A stretch of 64,000 nucleotides of DNA from an uncultured Gemmatimonadales bacterium (GCA_963728915.1 CAVSLV010000004.1:1-64000); one strand, 5' to 3'. Numbered from the stretch's first letter, positions 18,386 to 27,977 are shown. Program-made: numbers and translations. Notes: generated by a model from the letters alone, not told the origin.

Positions 18386-20964
18386 AACACGCTTGACTGT
18401 TGTAACTGTACCCGGTCCGGCCGCGATGCTCGCTGTCCATCTGGCTCTGACTGTGCTCGTGGCAGGTCAGGCAGGTGAACTGGGCATACGACGCCGGATT
18501 ATCGTGGCACTGAGCGCAGGTTGTCCAGCGGTCCCGGTGGTGGCCGGAGTAGATCCGGAAATAGGACCCGTCGTGATCGAAGGTCGCCCCGGCCCACTGA
18601 GTGGTGGTATGGCAGGAGGCACAATCGGTGGGGAAGCCGGCCGCCTGATGGGGCGGGTTGGTGGTTCCGTTGTAGTCGCTCTGGTGGCACGAGACGCAGG
18701 TGGTCGGGAGGCCGTGGTAGACCCCGCTCGCATGGCACTGCTGGCAGCTCACCGCGGCGTGGGCCCCGGTGAGAGGGAACTGCGTCGTTGTTGTGATTGA
18801 AGGTCGCCCCGGTCCAGGTCGCTGTGGTGTGGCAGGTGGTACAGTCGGTCGGGAAGCCGGCCGCCTGGTGGGGCGGATTGGTGGTGGCGTTGTACTGGGT
18901 CTGGTGGCACGAGACGCAGGTGGTCGGGAGGCCGTGGTAGACCCCGCTCGCATGGCACTGCTGGCAGCTCACCGCGGCGTGGGCCCCGGTGAGAGGGAAC
19001 TGCGTCGCATTGTGATTGAACGTCGCCCCGGTCCAGGTCACTGTGGTGTGGCAGGTGGTACAGTCGGTCGGGAAGCCGGCCGCCTGGTGGGGCGGATTGG
19101 TGGTGGCGTTGTACTGGGTCTGGTGGCACGAGACGCAGGTGGTCGGGAGGCCGTGGTAGACCCCGCTCGCATGGCACTGCTGGCAGCTCACCGCGGCGTG
19201 GGCCCCGGTGAGAGGGAACTGCGTCGCATTGTGATTGAACGTCGCCCCGGTCCAGGTCGCTGTGGTGTGGCAGGTGGTACAGTCGGTCGGGAAGCCGGCC
19301 GCCTGGTGGGGCGGATTGGTGGTGGCGTTGTACTGGGTCTGGTGGCACGAGACGCAGGTGGTCGGGAGGCCGTGGTAGACCCCGCTCGCATGGCACTGCT
19401 GGCAGCTCACCGCGGCGTGGGCCCCGGTGAGAGGGAACTGCGTCGCATTGTGATTGAACGTCGCCCCGGTCCAGGTCACTGTGGTGTGGCAGGTGGTACA
19501 GTCGGTCGGGAAGCCGGCCGCCTGGTGGGGCGGATTGGTCGTTGCGTTGTAGTTCGCCTGGTGGCACGAGACGCAGGTCATCGGCGTGCCCTGGTACACC
19601 CCGTTGATGTGACAGGACGTACAGGTTACTGCCTGATGCGCGCCGGTGAGCGGGAATCTCGTATTCGCGTGATTGAAGCCGCCCTCGCCCCAGGTCGCCG
19701 TGTTATGGCACGACTCGCAGGTGAGCGGGAGGCCGGAAGCCTGATGCGGTGGATTGGTGGTTCCGTTGTAGTTCGCCTGGTGGCACGACACACAGGTGGT
19801 CGGCTTGCCGTGGTAGACCCCGTCGCTGTGACAGGCCTGACAATTGGCGGCCTGATGCGCACCGGTCAAAGCGAATCGAGTCGCATTGTGATTGAACGTC
19901 GCCCCGGTCCAGGTGCTCGTGGTGTGGCAGGTGGTGCAGTCGGTCGGAAAGCCGGCCGCCTGATGGGGCGGATTGGTGGTTCCGTTGTAGGTCGCCTGGT
20001 GGCAGGAGACGCAGCTGGTCGGCTTGCCGTGGTACACCCCGTCGCCATGACACTGCTGGCACGGCACCGCCTGATGTCCTCCGGTGAGGGGGAACTGGGT
20101 TGCGTTGTGATCGAAGACGGCGCCGCCCCATCCGGCCGTGGTGTGGCATCCGGTACAATCGGTCGGAAAATTCGCGGCTTGGTGCGGCGGGTTCTGGGTC
20201 GCCGCGTAGGTCGCCTGGTGGCAGGAGACGCAGCTGGTCGGCTTCCCGTGGTACACCCCGTCGCCATGACACTGCTGGCACGGCACCGCCTGATGTCCTC
20301 CGGTGAGGGGGAACTGGGTTGCGTTGTGATCGAAGCTGGCGCCGTGCCAACTCGTGTTGGTATGGCAGCTGGTACAATCGGTGGGAAAACCGGCTGCGGG
20401 ATGGTTGGGCTGGGTCGTTCGCTCGAAATCCGGCCGATGGCAGCCGATGCACTGGGTCGGGGCGCCGCGGAATACCAGTGTGCTTCCAGACCGGCTGGTG
20501 TGACAGCTCGAGCACTCGACAGCCCGGTGCGCCCCCTCCAGCGGGAATCTCGTCAATGCATGGGTTTGCAGCTGGAGAGCGCGATCCCGGAAGTCTCGCG
20601 TATTGTGACACTGGGCACAGTCGAGCCCCAGCTCTCCCTGATGGACGTCGCGATGGCAACCGGCGCAGGACTTCTGCACTTTCGAGAACTCGAGCGAGGT
20701 GTGACAGGTGGTGCAGGTGACGGCGGCGTGACCATCCCGGAGAGCGAAGCCGAAATCCGAATGGCGAAAGGACTCGGAGATCCTGACCGGGCGCCAGCCG
20801 TCGGAGGTGTGGCAGGTCGTGCAGGGCAACGTGAGGGTGCCATGCGGGCTACCGCCCGAGGGGGTCTCCTGGGCTGAGACCCCCCGAGCGACGAATGCGG
20901 CGACCCAGCCAACCAGGGGCCAAAGGCGGCGCCAGCGCCGTGGCTCCCAGCGCCCTCGAGGCAT
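18363..20964 (-). CDS. Exported multiheme cytochrome c with 34 CxxCH motifs (~866 aa), split by a 1-nt insertion at ~18788
   Basis: 28 CxxCH before and 6 after the shift. Repeat period is 219 bp except for one 220-bp interval (GAGACGCAGG at 18691, 18911, 19130, 19349). Confidence 0.93.
18582..20336 (-). repeat. Intragenic tandem array of eight 219-bp (73-aa) triheme units
   Basis: Unit FNHNATQFPLTGAHAAVS-CQQCH-ASGVYHGLPTT-CVSCH-QTQYNATTNPPHQAAGFPTD-CTTCH-TTATWTGAT; the 3' units are almost identical at DNA level. Boundaries approximate. Confidence 0.92.
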
Positions 20965-21034
20965 GCTCTACCTGTTCGCGGTGTTCGGCCTTCTGCCCAG
21001 CAAGGAATGCGCTAAAGACGAACTCCGTCAGCCC

Positions 21035-21050
21035 TGCCACACAAGTGCCT
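21035..21050 (-). promoter_or_regulatory. Candidate sigma54 (-24/-12) promoter
   Basis: AGGCAC-TTGTG-TGGCA fits GG-N10-GC, ~70 nt upstream of the 34-heme cytochrome start. Confidence 0.45.
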
Positions 21051-21078
21051 GTCGCTGCAGAAGATACTGAAGAAATGC

Positions 21079-21810
21079 TCATGGCCGGTGACGACCCCGG
21101 GCCGCTTCAAGGGCATGATCGTCGGTGAGATCGACTCGGAGCGGGGTGAGCGATACATAGCCCTGGCGCACCGCCCAGAGATCGGTTCCCTCCTCGGGCT
21201 GCTCGATGGCCCGCACGCTGAGCCAGAAGAGCCGATGCCCCAGCGGATCCTCGGTGGGCACCACCCGCCCGTCGTAATGCCGCACCGCCTGCCGGGCCCA
21301 GCATAACCCGCTGGGATCGGGGGGCAGATTGACATTGACCAGCGGCAGGTCGGTCGCGGGAAGCAGGAGGTCGAGCACCTGCTCGACCCAGGGAGCGAGC
21401 CGGGCGAAATCCGGCTCGCTCCCCCTGGTCGGAGTGCTGAAGGCGATCCCCCGAATGCCGAGGAGGGCGGCCTGCTTGGCGGCGGCGAGGGTCCCCGAGT
21501 GCCAGATCGCGTTGCCAAGGTTGGGCCCCAGGTTGATCCCCGAAAGCACCACATCGGCCCTGTCCCATCCGTGAATGCCGAGCGCGACGCAATCGGCGGG
21601 GGTCCCGTTGACGCGGAACGCTTCGAAGTCGTCGAGGGGAGTCGACTTGATGCGAAGCGGCCGTGAGTGGGTGATGGCCGCGCCCATCGACGATTGCTCC
21701 ACGTCGGGCGCGACGATGCGGATCTCGCCGAACCGCTTCGCGGCTCGCGCCAACGCCAGGAGCCCGGGACTGTAGATCCCGTCGTCGTTGGAAACCAGAA
21801 TGCGCACCAT
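21079..21810 (-). CDS. surE: 5'/3'-nucleotidase SurE
   Basis: RILVSNDDG, VAP..EQS, NGTPADCV, SGINLGPN, SGTLAAA, SLTPL motifs. Confidence 0.95.
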   Translation of the reverse strand: MVRILVSNDDGIYSPGLLALARAAKRFGEIRIVAPDVEQSSMGAAITHSRPLRIKSTPLDDFEAFRVNGTPADCVALGIHGWDRADVVLSGINLGPNLGNAIWHSGTLAAAKQAALLGIRGIAFSTPTRGSEPDFARLAPWVEQVLDLLLPATDLPLVNVNLPPDPSGLCWARQAVRHYDGRVVPTEDPLGHRLFWLSVRAIEQPEEGTDLWAVRQGYVSLTPLRVDLTDDHALEAARGRHRP

Positions 21811-21863
21811 TACTCCCGCGTGGTGATCCGCCCCGCATCGGCCGTCATAACATCCCGGACGCC

Positions 21864-22754
21864 ATGCGGATTGCCGTGCTGCACAACCCCGCCGCCGGGG
21901 AAGCCCTCTCCCGCCGGGTGCTGGAGAAACTGCTCCGGCGCCACGGGCATGAATGCCTGTATCACTCGACCAAGGAGCGGGGAGGCGAAGCCATCCGGTA
22001 CGAGGGAGCGGAACTCCTCCTCGTCGCCGGTGGAGATGGCAGCGTCGCCAAGGCCATGAAGCTGGGCGCCGGGGTGCCCATCGTCGTGCTCCCGGTCGGG
22101 ACCGCCAACAATCTGGCGCTCTCGATGGGCGTGCAGGGCACCTACGAGGAAATCGTCGGTAACCTGCCTCGTGCGGCGGAGCGGAGCGTGAGCCTCGCCG
22201 TCGCCCGCGGTCCCTGGGGAGAAACCTGTTTCGTGGAATCCGCCGGAGTCGGACTCTTCGCGGCGCTGCTCCGGGAAGGAAAGGACCAGACCGGACATCC
22301 CCGCAAGGAAGATCCCGGCCTGGATCCGATCGCCTGGGGACGGCATCGGCTCCGCGGGTTACTGGAACGCATGGCGTCCCGGTTCTATCGAATCGTGGTG
22401 GACGGCCAGGATCGTTCCGGGCAGTACCTGATGGCGACCGTGATGAACATCCCGTACATCGGCCCCCGGCTGGGGCTCGCACCGGACGCTCGACTCGACG
22501 ACGACCAGCTCGATCTGGTGCTGGTGCGCGAGGAGGATCGGGTGGAATTCGCGACCTGGCTGGACGACCTGGTGCGGGGGATCTCGACCTCGTTCCCGAT
22601 TCCGACCAGCCAGGGGAAAGAGATCCTCATGGAATGGAGCGGCGCCTCCGGGCATCTGGACGATGAGCTCTGGCCCGAACCGGAAGCGGTGCTCCGAGTC
22701 GACGCGAAGGTGGCCATGGCAATCGGGCCCCGTTCGGTGACGGTCCTGGTGTGA
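21864..22754 (+). CDS. Diacylglycerol/lipid kinase family protein
   Basis: HNPAAG, AGGDGS, LPVGTANNLA motifs. Confidence 0.9.
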   Translation: MRIAVLHNPAAGEALSRRVLEKLLRRHGHECLYHSTKERGGEAIRYEGAELLLVAGGDGSVAKAMKLGAGVPIVVLPVGTANNLALSMGVQGTYEEIVGNLPRAAERSVSLAVARGPWGETCFVESAGVGLFAALLREGKDQTGHPRKEDPGLDPIAWGRHRLRGLLERMASRFYRIVVDGQDRSGQYLMATVMNIPYIGPRLGLAPDARLDDDQLDLVLVREEDRVEFATWLDDLVRGISTSFPIPTSQGKEILMEWSGASGHLDDELWPEPEAVLRVDAKVAMAIGPRSVTVLV

Positions 22755-22766
22755 GAATATCTTTCG

Positions 22767-23345
22767 GTGGTGCGCCGAGTCTTCCTGCTTTCTCCCGCCA
22801 GCACCGCCGGGAAACGCGCCGCGATTCTCCTCAACCCCGGGGCGAAGTTCGATCTTGCTCAGCGGGTTCGCCACGCTGACGGCGAGACCATCGGCGAAGT
22901 CTTTTCGTTCCTCAGCGGTCTCTATTTCCGGGGCAAGCTGGCCTATGCCCGGGCTTTTGCCGCGCCCGGTGCGATCCGGGTCATCACCTCGGATCGCGGC
23001 CTGGTCCCTCCCGAGTACCGGCTCACCCTGAAAGACCTCCGGGCCATGGCGCGGGGCGCGATCGACCCGAAACGGCAGCGGTATCGGCGGCCGTTCCTGC
23101 GCGATGCCCGGGCCCTCGACGATCCCGGGCTCGAGGTGGTCCTGCTGGGGAGCATCGCCACCGGCAAATACGCCGATCTCCTGCTCACCGTCTTCGGCGA
23201 GCGGCTCATGTTTCCCGAAGTCTTCGTCGGGTTGGGCGATATGAGTCGAGGCGGACTGATGCTCCGGGCGGTGCGAGAGGGCGAGGAGCTGGCCTATCGC
23301 CGGCTCGCGGGGGCGGTGCGCACCACCGTGCAAAGAGCTTCATGA
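22767..23345 (+). CDS. Conserved hypothetical protein (possibly YaaA-like)
   Basis: FLLSPA...FLSGLYFRGKLAYA...VVLLGSIATGKY...GDMSRGGLMLR; fills the gap in an operon-like run. Confidence 0.75.
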   Translation: MVRRVFLLSPASTAGKRAAILLNPGAKFDLAQRVRHADGETIGEVFSFLSGLYFRGKLAYARAFAAPGAIRVITSDRGLVPPEYRLTLKDLRAMARGAIDPKRQRYRRPFLRDARALDDPGLEVVLLGSIATGKYADLLLTVFGERLMFPEVFVGLGDMSRGGLMLRAVREGEELAYRRLAGAVRTTVQRAS

Positions 23346-23393
23346 GCACCGCGGACGTCTTGCCAATCGGGCGCCGCCGCCACAATATGTGAC

Positions 23394-23816
23394 ATGACCC
23401 GCTCGGGCTTCACTCTCATCGAGCTGCTGATCGTGACCGTGATCATCGGCCTCCTCGCTTCGATCGCGGCCATCAAGGCCCCCGAAATGCGGGAGCGGGC
23501 GGTGCGGGCCACGATGATCGCCGACCTCCGTAACCTGATCACGGCGCAGGAGGGGTACTACTCGGCCTACGGCGACTATGCGGGTGGAATCGGGGCGAAG
23601 GAAAAGGCGGGCAGCGATGGGGCGGGGAAGCTGTTCTTCAGCACGTCGGGCGACAACACGATCAATCTCAGCTACGGTGGCACGGACGGCTGGAGCGCCA
23701 AGGCCAAGAATGCTTCGCTGGTGGGGAAGCCCAAGACCTGCGGCGTTTTCGTCGGGCCCCTCAAGTACTCCCCCAACAAGAACGTGAGCGAGGAAGGTGT
23801 CCCTGCCTGCTGGTAA
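23394..23816 (+). CDS. Type IV pilin-like protein
   Basis: Class III signal G|FTLIELLIVTVIIGLLASIA; C-terminal Cys pair. Confidence 0.9.
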   Translation: MTRSGFTLIELLIVTVIIGLLASIAAIKAPEMRERAVRATMIADLRNLITAQEGYYSAYGDYAGGIGAKEKAGSDGAGKLFFSTSGDNTINLSYGGTDGWSAKAKNASLVGKPKTCGVFVGPLKYSPNKNVSEEGVPACW

Positions 23817-23822
23817 GGCGGG

Positions 23823-24338
23823 CTAGCGCACCGCCTTGTCTCCGCCGGCGTTCTCGTCCCAGACGGTTTCCGGATTGTCGGACTGATGCAGCTGGAGGGT
23901 CAGCCGCTCGTTCGCCGCGGTGAGCTCGAAGGTCGAGTCGCCGGTGGCCGCATAGGCGACGCCGTCTTCGACATCTCCCGCCTCGTCCAGGGCGGCCGGC
24001 ACCCGGCCCTTCGCTTTCCGATACGCCATCACGCGGTGGTACTCGAGGTACAATCCGAGGCGAAGACTCGAGTCTTCCTGGGCGGCAGAGCGGGTCCGGA
24101 TCGCATCCCGGGAGAAGAGCCAGGCGGGCCGCGCTCCCCAGATATACACCAGGGCCAGGGCCGCGAGCACCCCTGAGGCGACGAGCCAGGGCCGGGTCCG
24201 CGCGACCTTCGGGGGCGGCTCGGGCGGCATCTGGTCGATCCGGGTGGGTCCGCGGTAGCGCTCCACGACCTGCTGGTACGCGGCGACCAGGTCGGGGTTG
24301 TCGGCGGGATCGCGGGGGATCTCGGGCTCCGGCGTCAT
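23823..24338 (-). CDS. Hypothetical single-TM protein
   Basis: One TM helix followed by a pseudopilin-like globular segment. Confidence 0.65.
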   Translation of the reverse strand: MTPEPEIPRDPADNPDLVAAYQQVVERYRGPTRIDQMPPEPPPKVARTRPWLVASGVLAALALVYIWGARPAWLFSRDAIRTRSAAQEDSSLRLGLYLEYHRVMAYRKAKGRVPAALDEAGDVEDGVAYAATGDSTFELTAANERLTLQLHQSDNPETVWDENAGGDKAVR

Positions 24339-24400
24339 CACCCTGAACCTATCCTCGTTCCAGCGCCCGCGGCACCCTTTGGGGATCGGGCGGGAGATAG

Positions 24401-24437
24401 CCCCAACCTGTTCCACCAACCAGGTTAGGGGTACATT
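24401..24437 (+). promoter_or_regulatory. Inverted repeat next to a -10 box, probable PadR operator
   Basis: CCCCAACCTG-N10-CAGGTTAGGG (9/10 pairing), then TACATT at 24432-24437. Confidence 0.6.
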
Positions 24438-24471
24438 GCAACCTTCTCCCGGGCTGGAGCGTCTGATCCGC

Positions 24472-24801
24472 ATGGCCAACGATCTCCTCTACGGCACCCT
24501 CAATGTGCTGGTCCTCAAAGCCTTGTCCTGGAAGCCGATGCACGGCTACGGCATCGCGACCTGGCTGGAGCAGCGGGCCGGGGGCGTCCTCGACATCGAA
24601 GACGCCGCGCTCTACAAGGCGCTCCACCGGCTCGAGGAGCAGGGCGCCGTCCTCAGTGAGTGGGGGCTGTCGGAACAGAACCGCAAGGCGCGCTACTACC
24701 GCCTGGCGCCCGAGGGCCGGAAGCGGCTGCGTGATGAGCAGCAGGCCTGGCGGGACTACACCCTGACCGTGAGCCGGATCCTCCGGTCGCAGCACGCGTG
24801 A
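24472..24801 (+). CDS. PadR-family transcriptional regulator (acidobacterial type)
   Basis: LLYGTL.VLVLKAL...PMHGYGI...LY.ALHRLE...W..SE.NRKARYY. Confidence 0.93.
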   Translation: MANDLLYGTLNVLVLKALSWKPMHGYGIATWLEQRAGGVLDIEDAALYKALHRLEEQGAVLSEWGLSEQNRKARYYRLAPEGRKRLRDEQQAWRDYTLTVSRILRSQHA

Positions 24802-27446
24802 AGCCGTTGTTTCGTCTGGCCGTGGGGCCGCGCCCCGAACGCGAGCTCGAGGATGAGCTGGCGTTTCATCTCGAGATGCGCACCCAGGAGCTCATGGCCC
24901 AGGGGCTTTCTCCCGAAGCCGCCCGGGCGGAAGCCCGCCGGAGGTTCGGGAATCTCGATTCGGCTCGCAGCACCATCCATCGGACCGATCATCGCCGGAG
25001 CAAGCGAATCATGCGCACGGAAACCCTGAGCGAGCTCCGTCAGGACCTCGCCTTCGCCCTGCGCGCCCTGCGGCGCGCGCCTGCCTACACGATCGTCGCG
25101 GCGCTGACCCTGGCGCTCGGGATCGGGGCCAACACCGCGATCTTCAGCGTGGTGCGCGGGATCGTGCTGCGCCCACTTCCTTTTGCCGACCCCGGGAAGC
25201 TCATGGTGATGGGCAGCACATTTCGGGGCGGGAAGCCGTTTCCCTACGCCTCACCGGCCAACGTCGCGGATTGGGGCTCCCAGAATCGTTCCTTCACTTC
25301 GCTGGCCACGATCGAGGACCATTCCCCGGTGCTGACCGGGGCCGGCGATCCCGAGCGGCTCCGGGGCTTCGACGTGAGCGCCGATTATTTCCAGCTCCTC
25401 GGGGTTCAGCCGATCCTGGGCCGGCTCGCCTTCACCGGGGCGGAAGCAGGATTTCCGGCTGCGAAGGTGGTGATCCTGACCGAGTCCCTCTGGAAGACCC
25501 GGTTCGGGAGCGATCCCGATCTGGTGAACCGGATGATCACCCTGGACAACGAGCGCTACCAGGTGGTGGGAGTCGCGCCGGATGAGCGGGCCTGGCCCAC
25601 CGGGCAGATCTGGTTTCCCTGGAGCTTCGACCCCAAGCAGCTCGCCGGCAGCCGGGGCTCGGTGTATCTCCGCTCGGTGGGGCGGCTCAAGCCGGGGGTG
25701 GACCTTCCCGCCGCGCAGGCGGATTTCGCCGCCATCACCGCCCGCCTGGTGCAGGACTATCCCGACCACAATGCCGGGTTAGGGGTCCAGCTCATCCCGC
25801 TCCACGATTACATCACCGGCAGCGTCCGCCGGCCCCTGTACATCCTGCTGGGCGGCGTGCTGTTCGTGCTGCTGATTGCCTGCGCCAACGTGGCGAACCT
25901 TGCCCTGGTCCGGGGGGTGGCGCGTCAGAACGAGCTCGCGGTCCGGGCCGCCCTCGGGGCGGGGCGCTCCCGGCTCACCCGGCAGCTCACCACCGAAAGC
26001 CTGGTCCTGGCGGGGATCGGCACCTTGCTCGGCCTCCTGCTCGCCATGGTGGGCACCAAGGCGCTGCTCCGCGCCGCGCCGGCGAGCATCCCGAGACTCA
26101 CCTCGGTTCATCTCGATGGCACCGTGCTGCTTTTCACGCTGGGAATCGCCCTGCTCACCACGCTCATCTTCGGGCTGCTGCCCGCCCGGCTGGTGGTGCG
26201 GCCCGATCTGGCGGGCACGCTGCGTGAAGGAGGGCGCGGTGGCCCCAAAGCTTCGGGCAACCGGGCCCGCCGGGTGCTGGTGATCGCGGAAGTCGGCCTC
26301 GCGGTGATGATGCTCGCGGGGGCGGGACTCCTGATCCGGAGCTTCGCCAAGCTCATGAACGTGGATCCCGGCTTCCGCACCGAGGGCACCTTGTCGTTCG
26401 CGCTGAGTCTCCCCAACGCGAAGTACCCGGAGCGGCCCCGGCAGGCGGCGTTCGGCGCCGAGCTGCTCGAGCGCATTCACGCAATTCCGGGCGTTCAATC
26501 GGCCGGGCTGGCGCTGGGGCTGCCGCTGTCGGGATTCCGCTGGAATTTCAACCTGGTCATTCCCAGCCATCCGCCGGTGCAATCCGCGGATCAACCCTCG
26601 GTCGAAGTGCGGGTAGCGACGCCCGAATACTTCGCCACCATGGGCATCCCGATCGTGAAGGGACGGGGATTCACCGCGAGCGACCGGGACGGCACCCAAC
26701 GGGTGGTGCTGCTGACCGAGGCGGCGGCGAAGCAATTCTTCCCCAACGAGGATCCGATCGGGAAGCACGTCGGCTTCGGCTGGGGACGGGGCGAGGGGAA
26801 TCACCTCGAGGGCGACATCGTGGGCGTGGTCGGTGACGTGAAGCTCAGCTCGCTCGCCGAAGCGACCCTCCCCCAGTTCTGGGCCCCATTCGACCAGTGG
26901 CCGGTGAGCAACTTCACCGTCGTGATGCATGGGAACCGGGATCCCGATCTGCTGGTGTCCGATGCGCGACGGATCGTGCACGACGTCGACCCCGACCTGG
27001 CGCTGTCCCAGGTCAAGACCCTGGATCGCGTGGTCGCCGATTCGGTGGCCCAGCCCCGGTTCTATATGCTGCTGCTCACGGTGTTCGCGGGCGTCGCGAT
27101 CGTGCTTTCGGCGATCGGGATCTACGGGGTGATCGCCTACCTGGCCGAGCAGCGGGTGCGCGAAATTGGAATCCGGATGGCGCTCGGGGCGAGCCAGGGC
27201 CGGGTGGTGCGGATGATCGTGAGCGAAGGGTCGCTGCTCACCGCGGCCGGGGTGGTGGTCGGGGTGGTTGGCGCCCTGGCGCTCGCCAAAGTTCTCGGCA
27301 GCCTGCTCTTCGAGGTCAAGCCCAGTGATCCGATGACCTATCTCGCCGTTGCGGTGCTGCTGGCCCTGGTGGCGATGGTCGCGTCGAGCCTGCCGGCCTT
27401 CCGGGCCTCGCGGGTGGATCCGGCGCAGACGATGAGGGCAGAGTAG
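24798..27446 (+). CDS. ADOP-family duplicated MacB-like ABC permease
   Basis: Prefix domain [44 protein letters not shown]; coupled to padR by a GTGA overlap. Confidence 0.93.
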   Translation: MKPLFRLAVGPRPERELEDELAFHLEMRTQELMAQGLSPEAARAEARRRFGNLDSARSTIHRTDHRRSKRIMRTETLSELRQDLAFALRALRRAPAYTIVAALTLALGIGANTAIFSVVRGIVLRPLPFADPGKLMVMGSTFRGGKPFPYASPANVADWGSQNRSFTSLATIEDHSPVLTGAGDPERLRGFDVSADYFQLLGVQPILGRLAFTGAEAGFPAAKVVILTESLWKTRFGSDPDLVNRMITLDNERYQVVGVAPDERAWPTGQIWFPWSFDPKQLAGSRGSVYLRSVGRLKPGVDLPAAQADFAAITARLVQDYPDHNAGLGVQLIPLHDYITGSVRRPLYILLGGVLFVLLIACANVANLALVRGVARQNELAVRAALGAGRSRLTRQLTTESLVLAGIGTLLGLLLAMVGTKALLRAAPASIPRLTSVHLDGTVLLFTLGIALLTTLIFGLLPARLVVRPDLAGTLREGGRGGPKASGNRARRVLVIAEVGLAVMMLAGAGLLIRSFAKLMNVDPGFRTEGTLSFALSLPNAKYPERPRQAAFGAELLERIHAIPGVQSAGLALGLPLSGFRWNFNLVIPSHPPVQSADQPSVEVRVATPEYFATMGIPIVKGRGFTASDRDGTQRVVLLTEAAAKQFFPNEDPIGKHVGFGWGRGEGNHLEGDIVGVVGDVKLSSLAEATLPQFWAPFDQWPVSNFTVVMHGNRDPDLLVSDARRIVHDVDPDLALSQVKTLDRVVADSVAQPRFYMLLLTVFAGVAIVLSAIGIYGVIAYLAEQRVREIGIRMALGASQGRVVRMIVSEGSLLTAAGVVVGVVGALALAKVLGSLLFEVKPSDPMTYLAVAVLLALVAMVASSLPAFRASRVDPAQTMRAE

Positions 27447-27498
27447 CGGCCCGCGAAGCCCCCATTCCTCGCAGCGATCAGCGCCGGAGCCGCCCCTC

Positions 27499-27539
27499 TT
27501 GACGGTTCACGACTACGTCTGTAGTATTACGGCCGTAGT
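27499..27539 (+). promoter_or_regulatory. Sigma70 promoter overlapped by two BlaI-type boxes
   Basis: TTGACG (27499)-17 nt-TAGTAT (27522); ACTAC-gtct-GTAGT at 27512-27525 and ATTAC-ggcc-GTAGT at 27526-27539. Confidence 0.8.
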
Positions 27540-27569
27540 CGAATCATCCGACCTCGAGACAGGGGCACC

Positions 27570-27977
27570 ATGAGCGAAATCCACCAGCTGACCGATCTCC
27601 AGCTTGCCATTCTGCGGGTCCTCTGGGACCGGGGTTCGGCGAGCGCCGCTGAAGTCACCGAGGCCCTTCATCCGTCCCGGCGACTTGCCCAGCAAACCAT
27701 CGCAACGGTGCTGACCCGGCTGGAACGGCGGGGCATCGTGCGCCACGAGACCCGGCAGCGCCAGTACCTCTATATCCCCTCGGTCACCGAGGTCGAGGTG
27801 CGTCGCACGCTGCTGTCGGAATTCACCGAACGCCTGTTCGAGGGTGATGTGGCGGCCCTGGTGAATCATCTGCTCTCCGACCGGGAGATGAGCCGGGGCG
27901 ATCTGGCCCGGGTCAAGAAGATGATCGCCGACCACGAGTCGAAGGGCGGGAAAGGAAGGTCCCCTCATGCTGCCTGA
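27570..27977 (+). CDS. BlaI/MecI/CopY-family repressor
   Basis: LTDLQLAILRVLW...TIATVLTRLE.RG.V...Y.Y...LFEGD...LVNHLL. Confidence 0.93.
   Translation: MSEIHQLTDLQLAILRVLWDRGSASAAEVTEALHPSRRLAQQTIATVLTRLERRGIVRHETRQRQYLYIPSVTEVEVRRTLLSEFTERLFEGDVAALVNHLLSDREMSRGDLARVKKMIADHESKGGKGRSPHAA

Noticed and set aside
18788..18789. Programmed ribosomal frameshift in the 34-heme gene
   Set aside because: No slippery heptamer; the site is one extra base relative to sister repeats, best explained as an indel.
18582..20336. Long direct repeats as a CRISPR array or mobile repeat
   Set aside because: Units are contiguous, 219 bp, in frame and encode CxxCH motifs; there are no unique spacers or cas genes.
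23394..23816. Pilin as a conductive e-pilin belonging to the cytochrome cluster
   Set aside because: It is a full-length pilin with a globular head, separated from the cluster by unrelated genes; nothing links them.
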